The notes beneath the pieces were generated by a model. It had not been told where the DNA came from, did not search any database, and saw nothing but the letters and a program-made list of their open reading frames with translations. From Pseudomonadales bacterium (lineage in GTDB: Bacteria > Pseudomonadota > Gammaproteobacteria > Pseudomonadales > DC-out160), in contig JAESQG010000001.1 in NCBI GenBank assembly GCA_016765265.1, positions 1 through 51,351 of the forward strand: DNA of 51,351 nt, written 5' to 3'. Shown here piece after piece: positions 6,555-16,242 of the stretch. How positions within the stretch are numbered: the first letter of the stretch is position 1; each line of letters starts with the position of its first letter. The position numbers were made by a program, and so were the translations under genes.

Positions 6555-6863
6555 ATGAAAACAGAACAGATACAACACCTTGTCACACCAAACGCTAAGA
6601 GGGTAGCGATTGTCCGCGATACCGTGGAAGAAGTCACCAATGCGGGGATCTACCTTCCTGAGTCTGGGCGCGGACAACTCAACAGCGGGATGATTGTTTC
6701 TATGGGCGACGGATGCCCCGAGTTCCTTGAGAACGGCTGCCGAGTGACCTTCTCAGGGTTTGGCGGGTCAGAAATCACTATCGGAGATCGGAAAATCCTG
6801 CTTCTCCATGTTGACGACATTCACTGTCGAGTTGATACCGACGCAGAAATCGGGGGGGTATAA
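6555..6863 (+). CDS. GroES/Cpn10-like co-chaperonin
   Basis: VTPNAKRVAIVRDTVEEVTNAGIYLPESGRGQLNSGMIVSMGDG aligns by eye with GroES [44 protein letters not shown]. The C-terminal half is also GroES-like. Confidence 0.6.
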   Translation: MKTEQIQHLVTPNAKRVAIVRDTVEEVTNAGIYLPESGRGQLNSGMIVSMGDGCPEFLENGCRVTFSGFGGSEITIGDRKILLLHVDDIHCRVDTDAEIGGV

Positions 6864-6866
6864 ACC

Positions 6867-7184
6867 ATGACACCCGACCTACTCGCCTTCATGCTCATTG
6901 TCACCGTCATGGTGTGCGCCACCATCGTTGTGTGTGTCTGCCAATCCGCCAAGAACGCGGTCAACCGTGACGAAACACTAGAAGAACTCACCCGTACCGT
7001 GTCCGATTTGGCAGCGATGGCATTCAACGCCTCGATGATCCGAGAGGACGACCAAGTAGAACGGATGCGGATCGAAAACAATCCAGACAAAGACCAACGA
7101 AAACCACAGATACAGTTCCCAAGCGCGATGGATCGAATGGTTCGAGAATCAAACCAACAAGAGATCCCGCGAATGCAGGAATAG
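6867..7184 (+). CDS. Small membrane protein
   Basis: N-terminal hydrophobic segment LLAFMLIVTVMVCATIVVCVC followed by a charged tail. Confidence 0.5.
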   Translation: MTPDLLAFMLIVTVMVCATIVVCVCQSAKNAVNRDETLEELTRTVSDLAAMAFNASMIREDDQVERMRIENNPDKDQRKPQIQFPSAMDRMVRESNQQEIPRMQE

Positions 7185-7197
7185 ACAGGAGTATTAG

Positions 7198-9168
7198 ATG
7201 TTGCATTTTCCCAACCCGCAGGCATTGTCGCAATGGGTGCGCGAACAAATACGAGATTCCAGCACCGAACGCAGGGACATGGAGATTGCTGCGGGCAGAT
7301 CCAGATCGTACTATATCGGCATCCATTGGCTCCAACAGGGCCAAGCGACCGGGGGATACTCTCGCCTGTTCCGAACCAGCATCAATGACACGGTGGCAAG
7401 CGGGCGGATCAAGGCCACCATCAATGAGATCACTGGCAACATTATTCGGATAGCCGCCGCCACCAACCCCGAAAAACTGAATGTGGACGCTCTCCCGCTC
7501 CACCATATCACCGGGATCTCTGGCGCAAAGGACTCGGATCTCATGGAAAACTTTGCAAATATGCTGATTGAAAAATCAGGATTGCTGCAATCGGCCAGAA
7601 CAGCGAACTTTGAGCGAAGCATTGACGGGCGGCACGGCGTAGGCGTCCGCATTCAATCATCGCAAATCAACGGGGTGGCAAACACCAAACTCAAGTCGTT
7701 CGAGTTTGACGGATACCGCCTTACGACCGATCAAACCACGCGAAGTGACAATCTTGAGGACAATGAGTTCGTCATCTACTCGGATGTGATGAGCATCCAC
7801 GCAATCAGGCGGGTGTATGGGGAAGAAGCCTTGTTTGAGGTTGACCAGAACAAGATGAACACGGTCGCCGAGTTGACACCCACAGAACACGCATTCTACT
7901 ACCTCTCGGGCGGAAAAATGTATGCAGACTACTTCAAGCACTCCAAAGAAAAAGGGGCACTTGTCCATGAGATTTATATCAAGGGCTCAGGAGACCGATT
8001 CGACCGCCGGTATGTGATGCTCAGCACAGGCGGGTCAGAAAACGACGATCGGGTTCCCAACTTTGACAACCCCGTGAACCCGATCGGACTCAACGGGATG
8101 CCATACATTCTTCTCAACGGGTTCCGCAAGCCGGGAAGCCGGGACAAGGTTTCCGACACAGCCCTCATGCTCGACAATCAGGATAAGCTCAACCTCACGG
8201 GCACCCTATTCTTCCAGCAACTCTACGATTATGTCAACAACTCGATCTGGTTCATCGACCAGTCGTGGTTTGGGAGTGGCAGGGCAGACAAGTCAGAGAT
8301 CATGGAAGAGTTCAACCGGGGCTATGTCTTTGGCAATGCTCGGGATCGCCGAGGTTCGCCACCCGTGCAGATTCAGAACCCGCCGCCAAACCCCGCACTT
8401 GAGCAGACCATGAGCAGCATGATCTCTCAGGTCAAAGAATCCGCGTTCCAGTCGAGCGTCCATCGCGGGCAACTCAAGAGCCATGTCACCGACGGGGCGG
8501 TTCAGCTTGCTGCGGACCTGGTTGAAAGACCGCTTGATGACCGTGTAAAGGACGATGTTGAGTCGTATCAGAGGCTTATTTCCACAATCACGGCCACAGG
8601 AATCGGGATGGTTCGCTCGGAATCCCCCGACCTGATTGTTTCCATGACAAAGCAGGGTTTTAGCAATCAGATGATCGGTGAAATAGGCAATATGGACCCC
8701 ACATCCATGCCTGTTTCCCTCGCATTGAGAGATCAGGCACTCCGCCCCCGCTCGCGGCAGCAGCGCGTATCGCAGGTTGAGCGAGGAATCGAACTTGGCG
8801 CGGTTGATCCGTCAACTTATTCGCGGCTCATGGCAACCCTCGACATGGCTATTGATCCGCTGGACAAAGAAACCATGCAGTTTGCAAACATGACGGCGGC
8901 AGGGATGCTCGACGGACAGCCATACCAGCCGATTTCATTGGGCTCTCGGGTCAATATCATGCTTGACGCTCTGCAAAGGGCATCTATGGATACGATCGCA
9001 CGGGCAAACCCCGAGATCCAGCAAGCGATTGAGGAAGCAAAGATCAGCCAGATGGAAATCGACGGACTCCTGCAATCCGAGGAAGATGAACTGGCACCCG
9101 AGCCCGAAGGCCCGCAGCAAGCCGACCTCCAATCAATCCTTGGCGGCGTATCCATTCCACCGGCTTGA
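7198..9168 (+). CDS. Portal protein (positional/size call)
   Basis: 656 aa, lying after the terminase and before the scaffold-like and capsid-like genes. Contains an SRSYYIGIHW segment near the N-terminus. Confidence 0.6.
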   Translation: MLHFPNPQALSQWVREQIRDSSTERRDMEIAAGRSRSYYIGIHWLQQGQATGGYSRLFRTSINDTVASGRIKATINEITGNIIRIAAATNPEKLNVDALPLHHITGISGAKDSDLMENFANMLIEKSGLLQSARTANFERSIDGRHGVGVRIQSSQINGVANTKLKSFEFDGYRLTTDQTTRSDNLEDNEFVIYSDVMSIHAIRRVYGEEALFEVDQNKMNTVAELTPTEHAFYYLSGGKMYADYFKHSKEKGALVHEIYIKGSGDRFDRRYVMLSTGGSENDDRVPNFDNPVNPIGLNGMPYILLNGFRKPGSRDKVSDTALMLDNQDKLNLTGTLFFQQLYDYVNNSIWFIDQSWFGSGRADKSEIMEEFNRGYVFGNARDRRGSPPVQIQNPPPNPALEQTMSSMISQVKESAFQSSVHRGQLKSHVTDGAVQLAADLVERPLDDRVKDDVESYQRLISTITATGIGMVRSESPDLIVSMTKQGFSNQMIGEIGNMDPTSMPVSLALRDQALRPRSRQQRVSQVERGIELGAVDPSTYSRLMATLDMAIDPLDKETMQFANMTAAGMLDGQPYQPISLGSRVNIMLDALQRASMDTIARANPEIQQAIEEAKISQMEIDGLLQSEEDELAPEPEGPQQADLQSILGGVSIPPA

Positions 9169-9292
9169 CACCGCGATCCATGTTGGTATACACTAAGTAA
9201 GACAGGTGGCACCCTTGCGTAAGGCCAACCCACCATACACCGCGAAACCGCCAACCCAGCAATGGCACCGGAATCGCCAGAGGTAAAAAACC

Positions 9293-10168
9293 ATGACCGA
9301 AACAGATACACAGGGTACACCGTCGCCAACACTCAACCAACCTGCCGTCCAGACACCGGCAGCACTTGAGACACCGACGCAAGAAACGCCCGCATCGAAC
9401 ACGCAGACGACTATTGACCCCACAAGACTCGCAGAACTTGAGCGAATGGCTACTGCTTATTCTGGATCGTCAGAGATGATCCGAGCAATGGCAACCGCAG
9501 GAATCAAGACCGCAGATGATATTGCCAGTTTGCAACAGGGCCGCGAGGCTCAACAGTTGCTTGATAGAAACAATATCAACCTTCCCGGCCTTCAATCCAT
9601 GTTCGCGGGCGAAGCAACGCAAGTTGAACAGCCCGTAGCAGCGATCACAATGGAGGACATCAACGGTGCAATCAGCAATCAACTGACCAACCACAGTGTC
9701 AACCAAGAGCATGAAAGCCTTGTGGCATCCGAAAATGCCGGGCTGAGCAAGATTACAGCGGACATCCTCGGGAAGAATACCGACCCGACGATGGCAGGTG
9801 TAGTCAAGTTCCTTGTGGAAAATGCGGCCACGGAAGCAAGATCAGTGTACCCAGCGAATCATCCGCTGCGAAACGATTCCTTTGCCCCGTTGAGTGCGGC
9901 TCAGATTACCCAAATAGGGCAGGTGGCCCAAAAAGCCGCCACTGGCCTCATGGGATCAAATCTGGTTGCGAAGGCTCAGGCTGCACAGGCAGTGATGGCT
10001 GGCCCCGCCGGTCTGAATGGACTCCAATCGCCGAATCCCTCGTTGGGAGACAGCAAGGTTCCGTTCCGAGACAAGTCAATGGCCGAAAAAACAGCAGCGT
10101 ATTCGATGATCGAGCAACAGAACAATGGAAACCCACTCGGAACCATTGCGAATACACCAATAAACTGA
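9293..10168 (+). CDS. Scaffolding protein candidate
   Basis: 291 aa, low-complexity A/Q/T-rich, located between the portal-like and capsid-like genes. Confidence 0.45.
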   Translation: MTETDTQGTPSPTLNQPAVQTPAALETPTQETPASNTQTTIDPTRLAELERMATAYSGSSEMIRAMATAGIKTADDIASLQQGREAQQLLDRNNINLPGLQSMFAGEATQVEQPVAAITMEDINGAISNQLTNHSVNQEHESLVASENAGLSKITADILGKNTDPTMAGVVKFLVENAATEARSVYPANHPLRNDSFAPLSAAQITQIGQVAQKAATGLMGSNLVAKAQAAQAVMAGPAGLNGLQSPNPSLGDSKVPFRDKSMAEKTAAYSMIEQQNNGNPLGTIANTPIN

Positions 10169-10201
10169 CACGCGCCAACGGGTGCGTGATGGAGAATAAT
10201 C

Positions 10202-11605
10202 GTGGCACACCCACAATACGACATTGTTGAAACCAGACTCACCAACCTCACTGCATTGCTGAGGACTCAATACGACGCTGATGTACCAGACCTTGCCTAT
10301 CGGCTTGGTTCGCCTACCGCCCGCATCATCAAGCCCGCCGAGGAAGTTGTCCAGTCGTCCAAGGTCTATCAGATGACCACCGGACACTCGGACTCGTCCC
10401 GTGCAGGCAAAGACCTGTCCAAAGACTTTGATGCCCCACGGCGTTCGACCGCTGCACAGGTGAAGATTCGTTTGGATCACACCGACCCAACGGCCAACGA
10501 TTTTCGTCGAATCGACGCAATCGCACGCCTCTCGATCTTTGAGATCAAGGGTATGAACACGCCTGAGGCAGCCGTAAACATTGCTGAGATGGTTCAGACT
10601 GATTCTATTGAATCCGCATCTGAATCCATGACGATCTTGCTCCATGCCGACAAGACCGCCAAGATCGGTGCCCAAAGCGGGACCAAAAAGCTCAATGATG
10701 CGGACAACCTGAGCGACGCAAGCACTTACGCGACCGGAAACAATGCCCGAATCCTTGTCACCGATAACTCAATCGGGATCTTCTCCAGAAATATGTACCT
10801 CGACTTCTACACTGCAGCAGGTGTATTGGTCGCGGACAACATTCGTGTGACCGATGTGAATGTGGTTGATTACTCAATCGGCCTCGAACACACCGACGAA
10901 ACCACCACTGCCAACCTCAATGGCCTTGCAAATACCGTCGTGATTTACCGTTCGGGCGAAAAAGACGCAGGGTTCCTTGGTGGATTTGGTGAAACCTTCA
11001 AGGCGACCATTGCCTCTGGCGACTCTTGGTTCGGCGACCTTGACCGCTCGACCGCAGCCAACCGCCACCTGCTCCCTATCCGGCTCAACGGAACCGGATC
11101 GGCGACTCAGGTAGCCAAGTCTCATATGAACAATATGGCTCGCCATATCGGATACAAGATCCGTGATTCAGGGCAGGCCGTACCCTCGGTTGCCCTGATG
11201 GGTATTGATCTCTCTGACGAACTCCGCGAGGGCATTGGCAACAACGCTCTTGTCCAACAGGATGCCGTGAACAGCGGTGATTACACCTTTGGCGAGATGG
11301 GGCTTACTTTCCAACACCCCGTTCTTGGTCAAGTGACCATCCTCGGCGATGCGGCTGCTTCCAACACCCGCATGATGCTCTTGAACCCCGGTGACTGGCG
11401 TATGCAATACGGCTACACCAAGGGTATTGATGTTGTGACCCGTGGCGCAGGCGACTGGGAACGCATGGAGGGCACCAACACGCATGGTGGTGGCTCGATG
11501 TTCTACCGTCGTGAGGGCTTCATGGTCGCTACCCCGTACTGCAAGCGCATCAACCGCCAGGTCGTCACCAACAACTTGATTGGCAAGGGCGCGTCTGTAG
11601 CATAA
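10202..11605 (+). CDS. Major capsid protein candidate
   Basis: GTG start after GGAG. 467 aa. Sits in the expected position and is followed by a clear hairpin plus T-tract. Confidence 0.55.
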   Translation: MAHPQYDIVETRLTNLTALLRTQYDADVPDLAYRLGSPTARIIKPAEEVVQSSKVYQMTTGHSDSSRAGKDLSKDFDAPRRSTAAQVKIRLDHTDPTANDFRRIDAIARLSIFEIKGMNTPEAAVNIAEMVQTDSIESASESMTILLHADKTAKIGAQSGTKKLNDADNLSDASTYATGNNARILVTDNSIGIFSRNMYLDFYTAAGVLVADNIRVTDVNVVDYSIGLEHTDETTTANLNGLANTVVIYRSGEKDAGFLGGFGETFKATIASGDSWFGDLDRSTAANRHLLPIRLNGTGSATQVAKSHMNNMARHIGYKIRDSGQAVPSVALMGIDLSDELREGIGNNALVQQDAVNSGDYTFGEMGLTFQHPVLGQVTILGDAAASNTRMMLLNPGDWRMQYGYTKGIDVVTRGAGDWERMEGTNTHGGGSMFYRREGFMVATPYCKRINRQVVTNNLIGKGASVA

Positions 11606-11650
11606 AAATCACCCAGCATCGTAGCTCCTTGCGATGCACCCTTTCGTGGG

Positions 11651-11678
11651 CGGCGGCTTACCGCTGCCGTCCATTTTA
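11651..11678 (+). terminator. Intrinsic terminator after the capsid gene
   Basis: cggcggc-ttacc-gctgccg forms a 7-bp stem (one G:T pair) followed by tccATTTTat. Confidence 0.5.
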
Positions 11679-12124
11679 TGACGATCTATCCACACTTGTT
11701 CAAGGTTGACGGGCGGCACCTGCCTGGCGTACCCGGCTCTCTGCATGGAGAGATAACCAAGGCTGCTATGCGTGTCGGGATAAGGACTGGCACGACCCCT
11801 TGGTATCATGCAGGGCTCAGCACAATCCAGTATCATATTGGCGAGAAGCCGGCGGGCGGGCCAGCACAATCCTTAGTGTTCCAAGGCGACAGATACCTCA
11901 AGGTCAATGTGGAAGAAACATGCGGACGGATCTTTGGAGCCCGCGTTGCCAAGCAGAACAAAGATATGGCAATCAAGCAGGCTTACGATGACTCGGCGAC
12001 AAAGATGAAGAAGGAAATAGCGGCACACAACGCCGATATTCGGCCCGAACGGATGGATATGGCACGGTTCATGTTCAACAAAGAAAGACACGGCAAGCAT
12101 AGCCATAAACAAATACTCACTTGA
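11678..12124 (+). CDS. Hypothetical protein
   Basis: 148-aa ORF in the structural block with no motif. Confidence 0.45.
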   Translation: MTIYPHLFKVDGRHLPGVPGSLHGEITKAAMRVGIRTGTTPWYHAGLSTIQYHIGEKPAGGPAQSLVFQGDRYLKVNVEETCGRIFGARVAKQNKDMAIKQAYDDSATKMKKEIAAHNADIRPERMDMARFMFNKERHGKHSHKQILT

Positions 12125-12137
12125 GTAGGAGAAAATC

Positions 12138-12605
12138 ATGCTACAGATCGGAAACAAGAAAATCAATGTCAACAAGTTCGCTGCTGGCGGCGAGGTCAAA
12201 GACTTACAGGCGCACGCATCAGGCGTTCGCACCTTTGAGATTAGGGAACTGGTCACGCTGACAGCGGCACAGACCGTTGACATCTCACACAAGATTCCAG
12301 CAAACTCTCAGATCACCCTCATTTCACTCAAATCAAGCACCGGCCTCTCGCTGGCGACCGCAACGCATCTGAGTGTTGGCACCGCCGCCGACCCGGACGC
12401 ATACCTTGAAACCGCCCTCGCCACTCTCGATGCCAAGAACAAGGCGGTCATTACCCGATTCGCAACACCCGAAGTGATCGCTGCTGAAACAACCGTGGCT
12501 CTGGCAACCACAAACGGTTCGGGTGCTGACGCTGGAACGGGTACTTGGGTCGGTTCTGTCCACATCATTTACAACACATACGACGGCCTGCAAGACTTCG
12601 AGTAA
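12138..12605 (+). CDS. Hypothetical virion protein (decoration-like position)
   Basis: AGGAGAAAATC lies before the ATG. 155 aa, A/T/S-rich. Confidence 0.55.
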   Translation: MLQIGNKKINVNKFAAGGEVKDLQAHASGVRTFEIRELVTLTAAQTVDISHKIPANSQITLISLKSSTGLSLATATHLSVGTAADPDAYLETALATLDAKNKAVITRFATPEVIAAETTVALATTNGSGADAGTGTWVGSVHIIYNTYDGLQDFE

Positions 12606-12627
12606 ACCACCTCACCAGGAGATCATC

Positions 12628-12969
12628 ATGGGAAATCCCATTTACGCGATCCGCTCAAGCGGCGCATTCAAGCCGCTTAGCGTTTCAACAGCCACAGGTC
12701 TTTCTCTTTCCTCGGGAACCACGAACCACCGAATCAACGCATCCTCTGTATCTATCATTGACAGCATCATTGGTGGAGCGGAAGATGGCCGAAGGGTCTT
12801 TTTCCTTGGGAAAACAGGGACATCTTCGATCGTCTTTCGTGACGATCAATCGGGAACCAACCTGAAACTGGCCGGAACATCGTTCTCGATGCTTCAAGCA
12901 GACAGCATCGAGTTTATCTACGATGCTGACTCTGGATTCTGGATCGAAATCGGCAACACCAACGCCTAA
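12628..12969 (+). CDS. Hypothetical virion protein
   Basis: AGGAGATCATC precedes ATG 12628 (the track ORF starts at 12523). Confidence 0.5.
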   Translation: MGNPIYAIRSSGAFKPLSVSTATGLSLSSGTTNHRINASSVSIIDSIIGGAEDGRRVFFLGKTGTSSIVFRDDQSGTNLKLAGTSFSMLQADSIEFIYDADSGFWIEIGNTNA

Positions 12970-12982
12970 TAGGGGGTAGACC

Positions 12983-14065
12983 GTGGCCCTCACTATAACA
13001 TCTGGTACGAAGGATGAGATCAGCCTTCTCGTTGTCGGCAAGGCGTTTGCCCAAGGTACGGCCAATCAGCAACTTGGTATCGACAAAGCCGCAGATCGAG
13101 CCCTCGCCGTCATTGACGAGCAGGGTCGGTCATTTGGCATTATCGACGCGGACAGCCCCCCCGCTGAATGGGCGAGGTGGCTTGTGCGACTTGGTGCCTA
13201 CGAAGCATCTGCGCAGTTCATGCCCGAGCGGGAGGCCAACTTCCGTGCGGCGGCTGATATCGCCGAGGACGACGCACTCTCGACATTCAGCAAGTTCTCG
13301 GCGGACAGCACCGATGCGTCGCCGATCGAGTTCACGGCACAGTCCATCCGTCGCTATGTGATGGAAAACTGCATGAATATGAGGCCGAGGGTCAAACCTT
13401 CGGTGGCGATCATCGACCAAGAGTTGCAGAATACCATCATGTCGGTTTGGAACGATGCCGATTGGTCGTTCCGGCGTAAGCGGGTCACTCTCAGCATCTC
13501 GGTGACTGGCGCGGTGACAACCGCCCCGGCGGTGATTATTGCCAGTATCCCCGACAACAAACTCAAGTACACGGTCACATCGACATCAAGCCTTGTTGGA
13601 GACAACACGGGCTATTGCCACCATGTAAGCGATCAGCAGATGAACGAGTACGGTGCCCGGACGCTCGCCGATGGGCGGCCCGAGGCGTTCAGGATGCTCA
13701 CTGTGGGTAATGTGGTGGCCTTCACATTCTCGCGTATGCCCGATCAGATATACACTGCCGAGGCCGAGGTGATTATCCGCACACCGGACATCAGTTCGAT
13801 TACCACCATCGACTCGTCAATCTCTCTGTTCCCCATTGAGTTTCAGCATGTCCTCAAGTCCCGCACCCTTGCCGGCGTGTTGAATAATATGGGTAAAGCG
13901 GCCAAGGCACAGCCTATTTTGAGCATTGCAGAGAATATAATCGCTGGATTGCTCCCAATCTACAGTGATCCGGGCGGCGACCCGGCCAACGACTCGATGT
14001 ACCCAGCGAGAATCAATGGGCTTGGCCCTGCTCCGTGGGGAGGGGTCATTGGTGGAAGCCTGTGA
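12983..14065 (+). CDS. Hypothetical virion protein (head-tail connector region)
   Basis: GTG start after AGGGGG; 360 aa. Confidence 0.55.
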   Translation: MALTITSGTKDEISLLVVGKAFAQGTANQQLGIDKAADRALAVIDEQGRSFGIIDADSPPAEWARWLVRLGAYEASAQFMPEREANFRAAADIAEDDALSTFSKFSADSTDASPIEFTAQSIRRYVMENCMNMRPRVKPSVAIIDQELQNTIMSVWNDADWSFRRKRVTLSISVTGAVTTAPAVIIASIPDNKLKYTVTSTSSLVGDNTGYCHHVSDQQMNEYGARTLADGRPEAFRMLTVGNVVAFTFSRMPDQIYTAEAEVIIRTPDISSITTIDSSISLFPIEFQHVLKSRTLAGVLNNMGKAAKAQPILSIAENIIAGLLPIYSDPGGDPANDSMYPARINGLGPAPWGGVIGGSL

Positions 14066-14895
14066 GTATCGACCAACTCCTATTTGAGTGGATCAAGGGC
14101 GAACTTGACATTGCGGGCGTGACAAATATCGTCGGCACCAATGAATCCATTGTGCGCGACGACTTCACAACATCGCTATTAGTCACGCCGAGAGTGGAAT
14201 ACAACTCATGGCGCACACGCGATCAAACGCTTGGCGGGGTGGTGACGCTCTCGGACGGCGGGTTTGGTATTACCGTGGTGTGTGACCGCGACGATGCGTT
14301 TGGCGACGGCGACACACCTGAGGCGGCGGGCGATCTTCATAGCTTGCTCGATGCCGTGCAGGGGCCGCTCGTTGGGATTGTTCCGACCTTGGCTGGGTTC
14401 TTGCCCAAGGCGATCAAACTCGAAGGCGTACGGCGAACCACGCTCAGTGATTTACAGCATGTCAGTATCCGCCTCGATTTCAGCCTCAATGTGTTTGACG
14501 GCCTCACGACAGCACCGATCTCGGGAGGAGATGGCGATCTTGATTTCGACGAACTCGCGGGCACGGTTGTCCGATGGGTGGCTATGCCTGATGCCAGGCA
14601 CGATACCTTGTCAACAAGCGAGGATGACGGTGTTCCGATATGGGAACCGAACGATCTGACGAACCGGGTGCGGGTATGGTTCATGCCCGAGCCGGTGGCG
14701 CAACCCGCGCCCTTGGCTGGAAGTATAGTGACCGCCAACTTTGATATTCATTCTGGCGTGTCGTGGGTTCAATCGCTCAAGATTGATCGGTACACTTGGC
14801 CGCAGGATCTCACAACCGACGATCCGTTGATCGTGGTGATTGATCTTGTGGATGACGATGTTGTCCGTTCACCGTGGTTGGGGGCCACTATATGA
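14062..14895 (+). CDS. Hypothetical virion protein
   Basis: GTG 14062 overlaps the previous stop (GTGA). The track start at 14035 is also a GTG. Confidence 0.5.
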   Translation: MSIDQLLFEWIKGELDIAGVTNIVGTNESIVRDDFTTSLLVTPRVEYNSWRTRDQTLGGVVTLSDGGFGITVVCDRDDAFGDGDTPEAAGDLHSLLDAVQGPLVGIVPTLAGFLPKAIKLEGVRRTTLSDLQHVSIRLDFSLNVFDGLTTAPISGGDGDLDFDELAGTVVRWVAMPDARHDTLSTSEDDGVPIWEPNDLTNRVRVWFMPEPVAQPAPLAGSIVTANFDIHSGVSWVQSLKIDRYTWPQDLTTDDPLIVVIDLVDDDVVRSPWLGATI

Positions 14896-15086
14896 CCATC
14901 ACCCAAGAACAGTTTGACAATCTAAAGCGGGTTGTCGATGAGATGGCCGAGGGTATCAAGGATGCCAAGGACAAATCGGACAATGCGAACCTCTCGATCA
15001 CCGAGCGGGTTGATGATATACAGGAATCGCTCGACCGCATCGAGGACAAACTTGATGAACTCAACGACGAGGGGGATGACCTGTAA
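14892..15086 (+). CDS. Small acidic coiled-coil protein
   Basis: MTITQEQFDNLKRVVDEMAEGIKDAKDK...LDELNDEGDDL. The stop overlaps the next start (TAATG). Confidence 0.5.
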   Translation: MTITQEQFDNLKRVVDEMAEGIKDAKDKSDNANLSITERVDDIQESLDRIEDKLDELNDEGDDL

Positions 15087-15898
15087 TGGCCGGCGATGTT
15101 ATCTCAAAGAAAACAAAGGGTGGGATCACCGAGGGAACATCCAACGGTCTTATCAAGTATGTAGTTGACTCCTACACCATAACCAACCTGCCGGTGACAC
15201 CAGGAACCCCGCTTAGTCACCCGCAAATACTCGCCTTGGCACAATCCGCAGCAACCGTTGACCCGGTTCCACTGCTTTCTTCGCTGCAATACGGGCTCCC
15301 GGTCAAACGGTGGAGAGTAAAAAGGAATCCAAACTCTCGCAGCCGTGCAACGATCACGCTCCAATATGGCTCGCCAAGCGGGTTCATTGTCAACGACGAT
15401 TCAAGGCGCACAAGGACGATAGATTTCGGAATCACGATAACGCTCCCGTATTTTGTTGACAGGTCGGTCACACTCCCGCCCGGTCTTGCTGGCCCAGTGT
15501 TCAGTCTGTTTGAGGCCAAAGAGCAGAAAGGGCATTTTGTTGGCACCTACGAGATATGGCATGGAGAACTCCAACCAACCTCTTTCAACCCCATACTTAC
15601 CCGTCAAATCTCCATCCAAAACAAACTCAAACTGTACACGGTTCAAGGGCTCCCGTTCCTGCATACCGGCGTTGATATCCGCGACCTTCGTGGAGGGCAG
15701 TATTGGACATGGACAAAGTACATGAGCAGCGGTGTACGGAAAGGATTTGCCGCTGACGACTTAGAACTCGGATCACAGGCGGTTGAGCCACTCGGGGTGC
15801 TTGAGCAATACCGGCTCGACCAAACCACGCACACCACCACCGTTGCCAAGCCTATTGACCTTTACGATGTTGGAACACCGCTCACATGGGATACCTAA
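15086..15898 (+). CDS. Hypothetical virion/tail protein
   Basis: 270-aa ORF coupled to its neighbours. Confidence 0.55.
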   Translation: MAGDVISKKTKGGITEGTSNGLIKYVVDSYTITNLPVTPGTPLSHPQILALAQSAATVDPVPLLSSLQYGLPVKRWRVKRNPNSRSRATITLQYGSPSGFIVNDDSRRTRTIDFGITITLPYFVDRSVTLPPGLAGPVFSLFEAKEQKGHFVGTYEIWHGELQPTSFNPILTRQISIQNKLKLYTVQGLPFLHTGVDIRDLRGGQYWTWTKYMSSGVRKGFAADDLELGSQAVEPLGVLEQYRLDQTTHTTTVAKPIDLYDVGTPLTWDT

Positions 15899-16242
15899 GC
15901 CAAGATATCCCGTTGTCCGAGCGAGAGATCCGTGGCCGGGTGTTGTCGATTCGGCTCGATGGTGCGATCCAGACCAGCATCATTGGCGAGACTGTCCGCG
16001 ATATTGCCAGTAAGATCACATACGATGTGATTCTGTTCGCCGAAAATGAGCAGAACGCGATCAGCGACGAGCCGCCCGGGCGAAGGAACTACTCCAATAT
16101 CCGCATCATCAGTGCCGCACCCGGAGACCCCTGCACATTGGTCATCAGCGACGATCTTTCTGGTACAATCGTGCGAAGATTGTTCGTCCATGAGGATATT
16201 GACTATTACGACTGCGACATGAACCCGATTCTTCCACTATGA
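15886..16242 (+). CDS. Hypothetical virion/tail protein
   Basis: 118-aa ORF that overlaps both neighbours by a few nt. Confidence 0.5.
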   Translation: MGYLSQDIPLSEREIRGRVLSIRLDGAIQTSIIGETVRDIASKITYDVILFAENEQNAISDEPPGRRNYSNIRIISAAPGDPCTLVISDDLSGTIVRRLFVHEDIDYYDCDMNPILPL

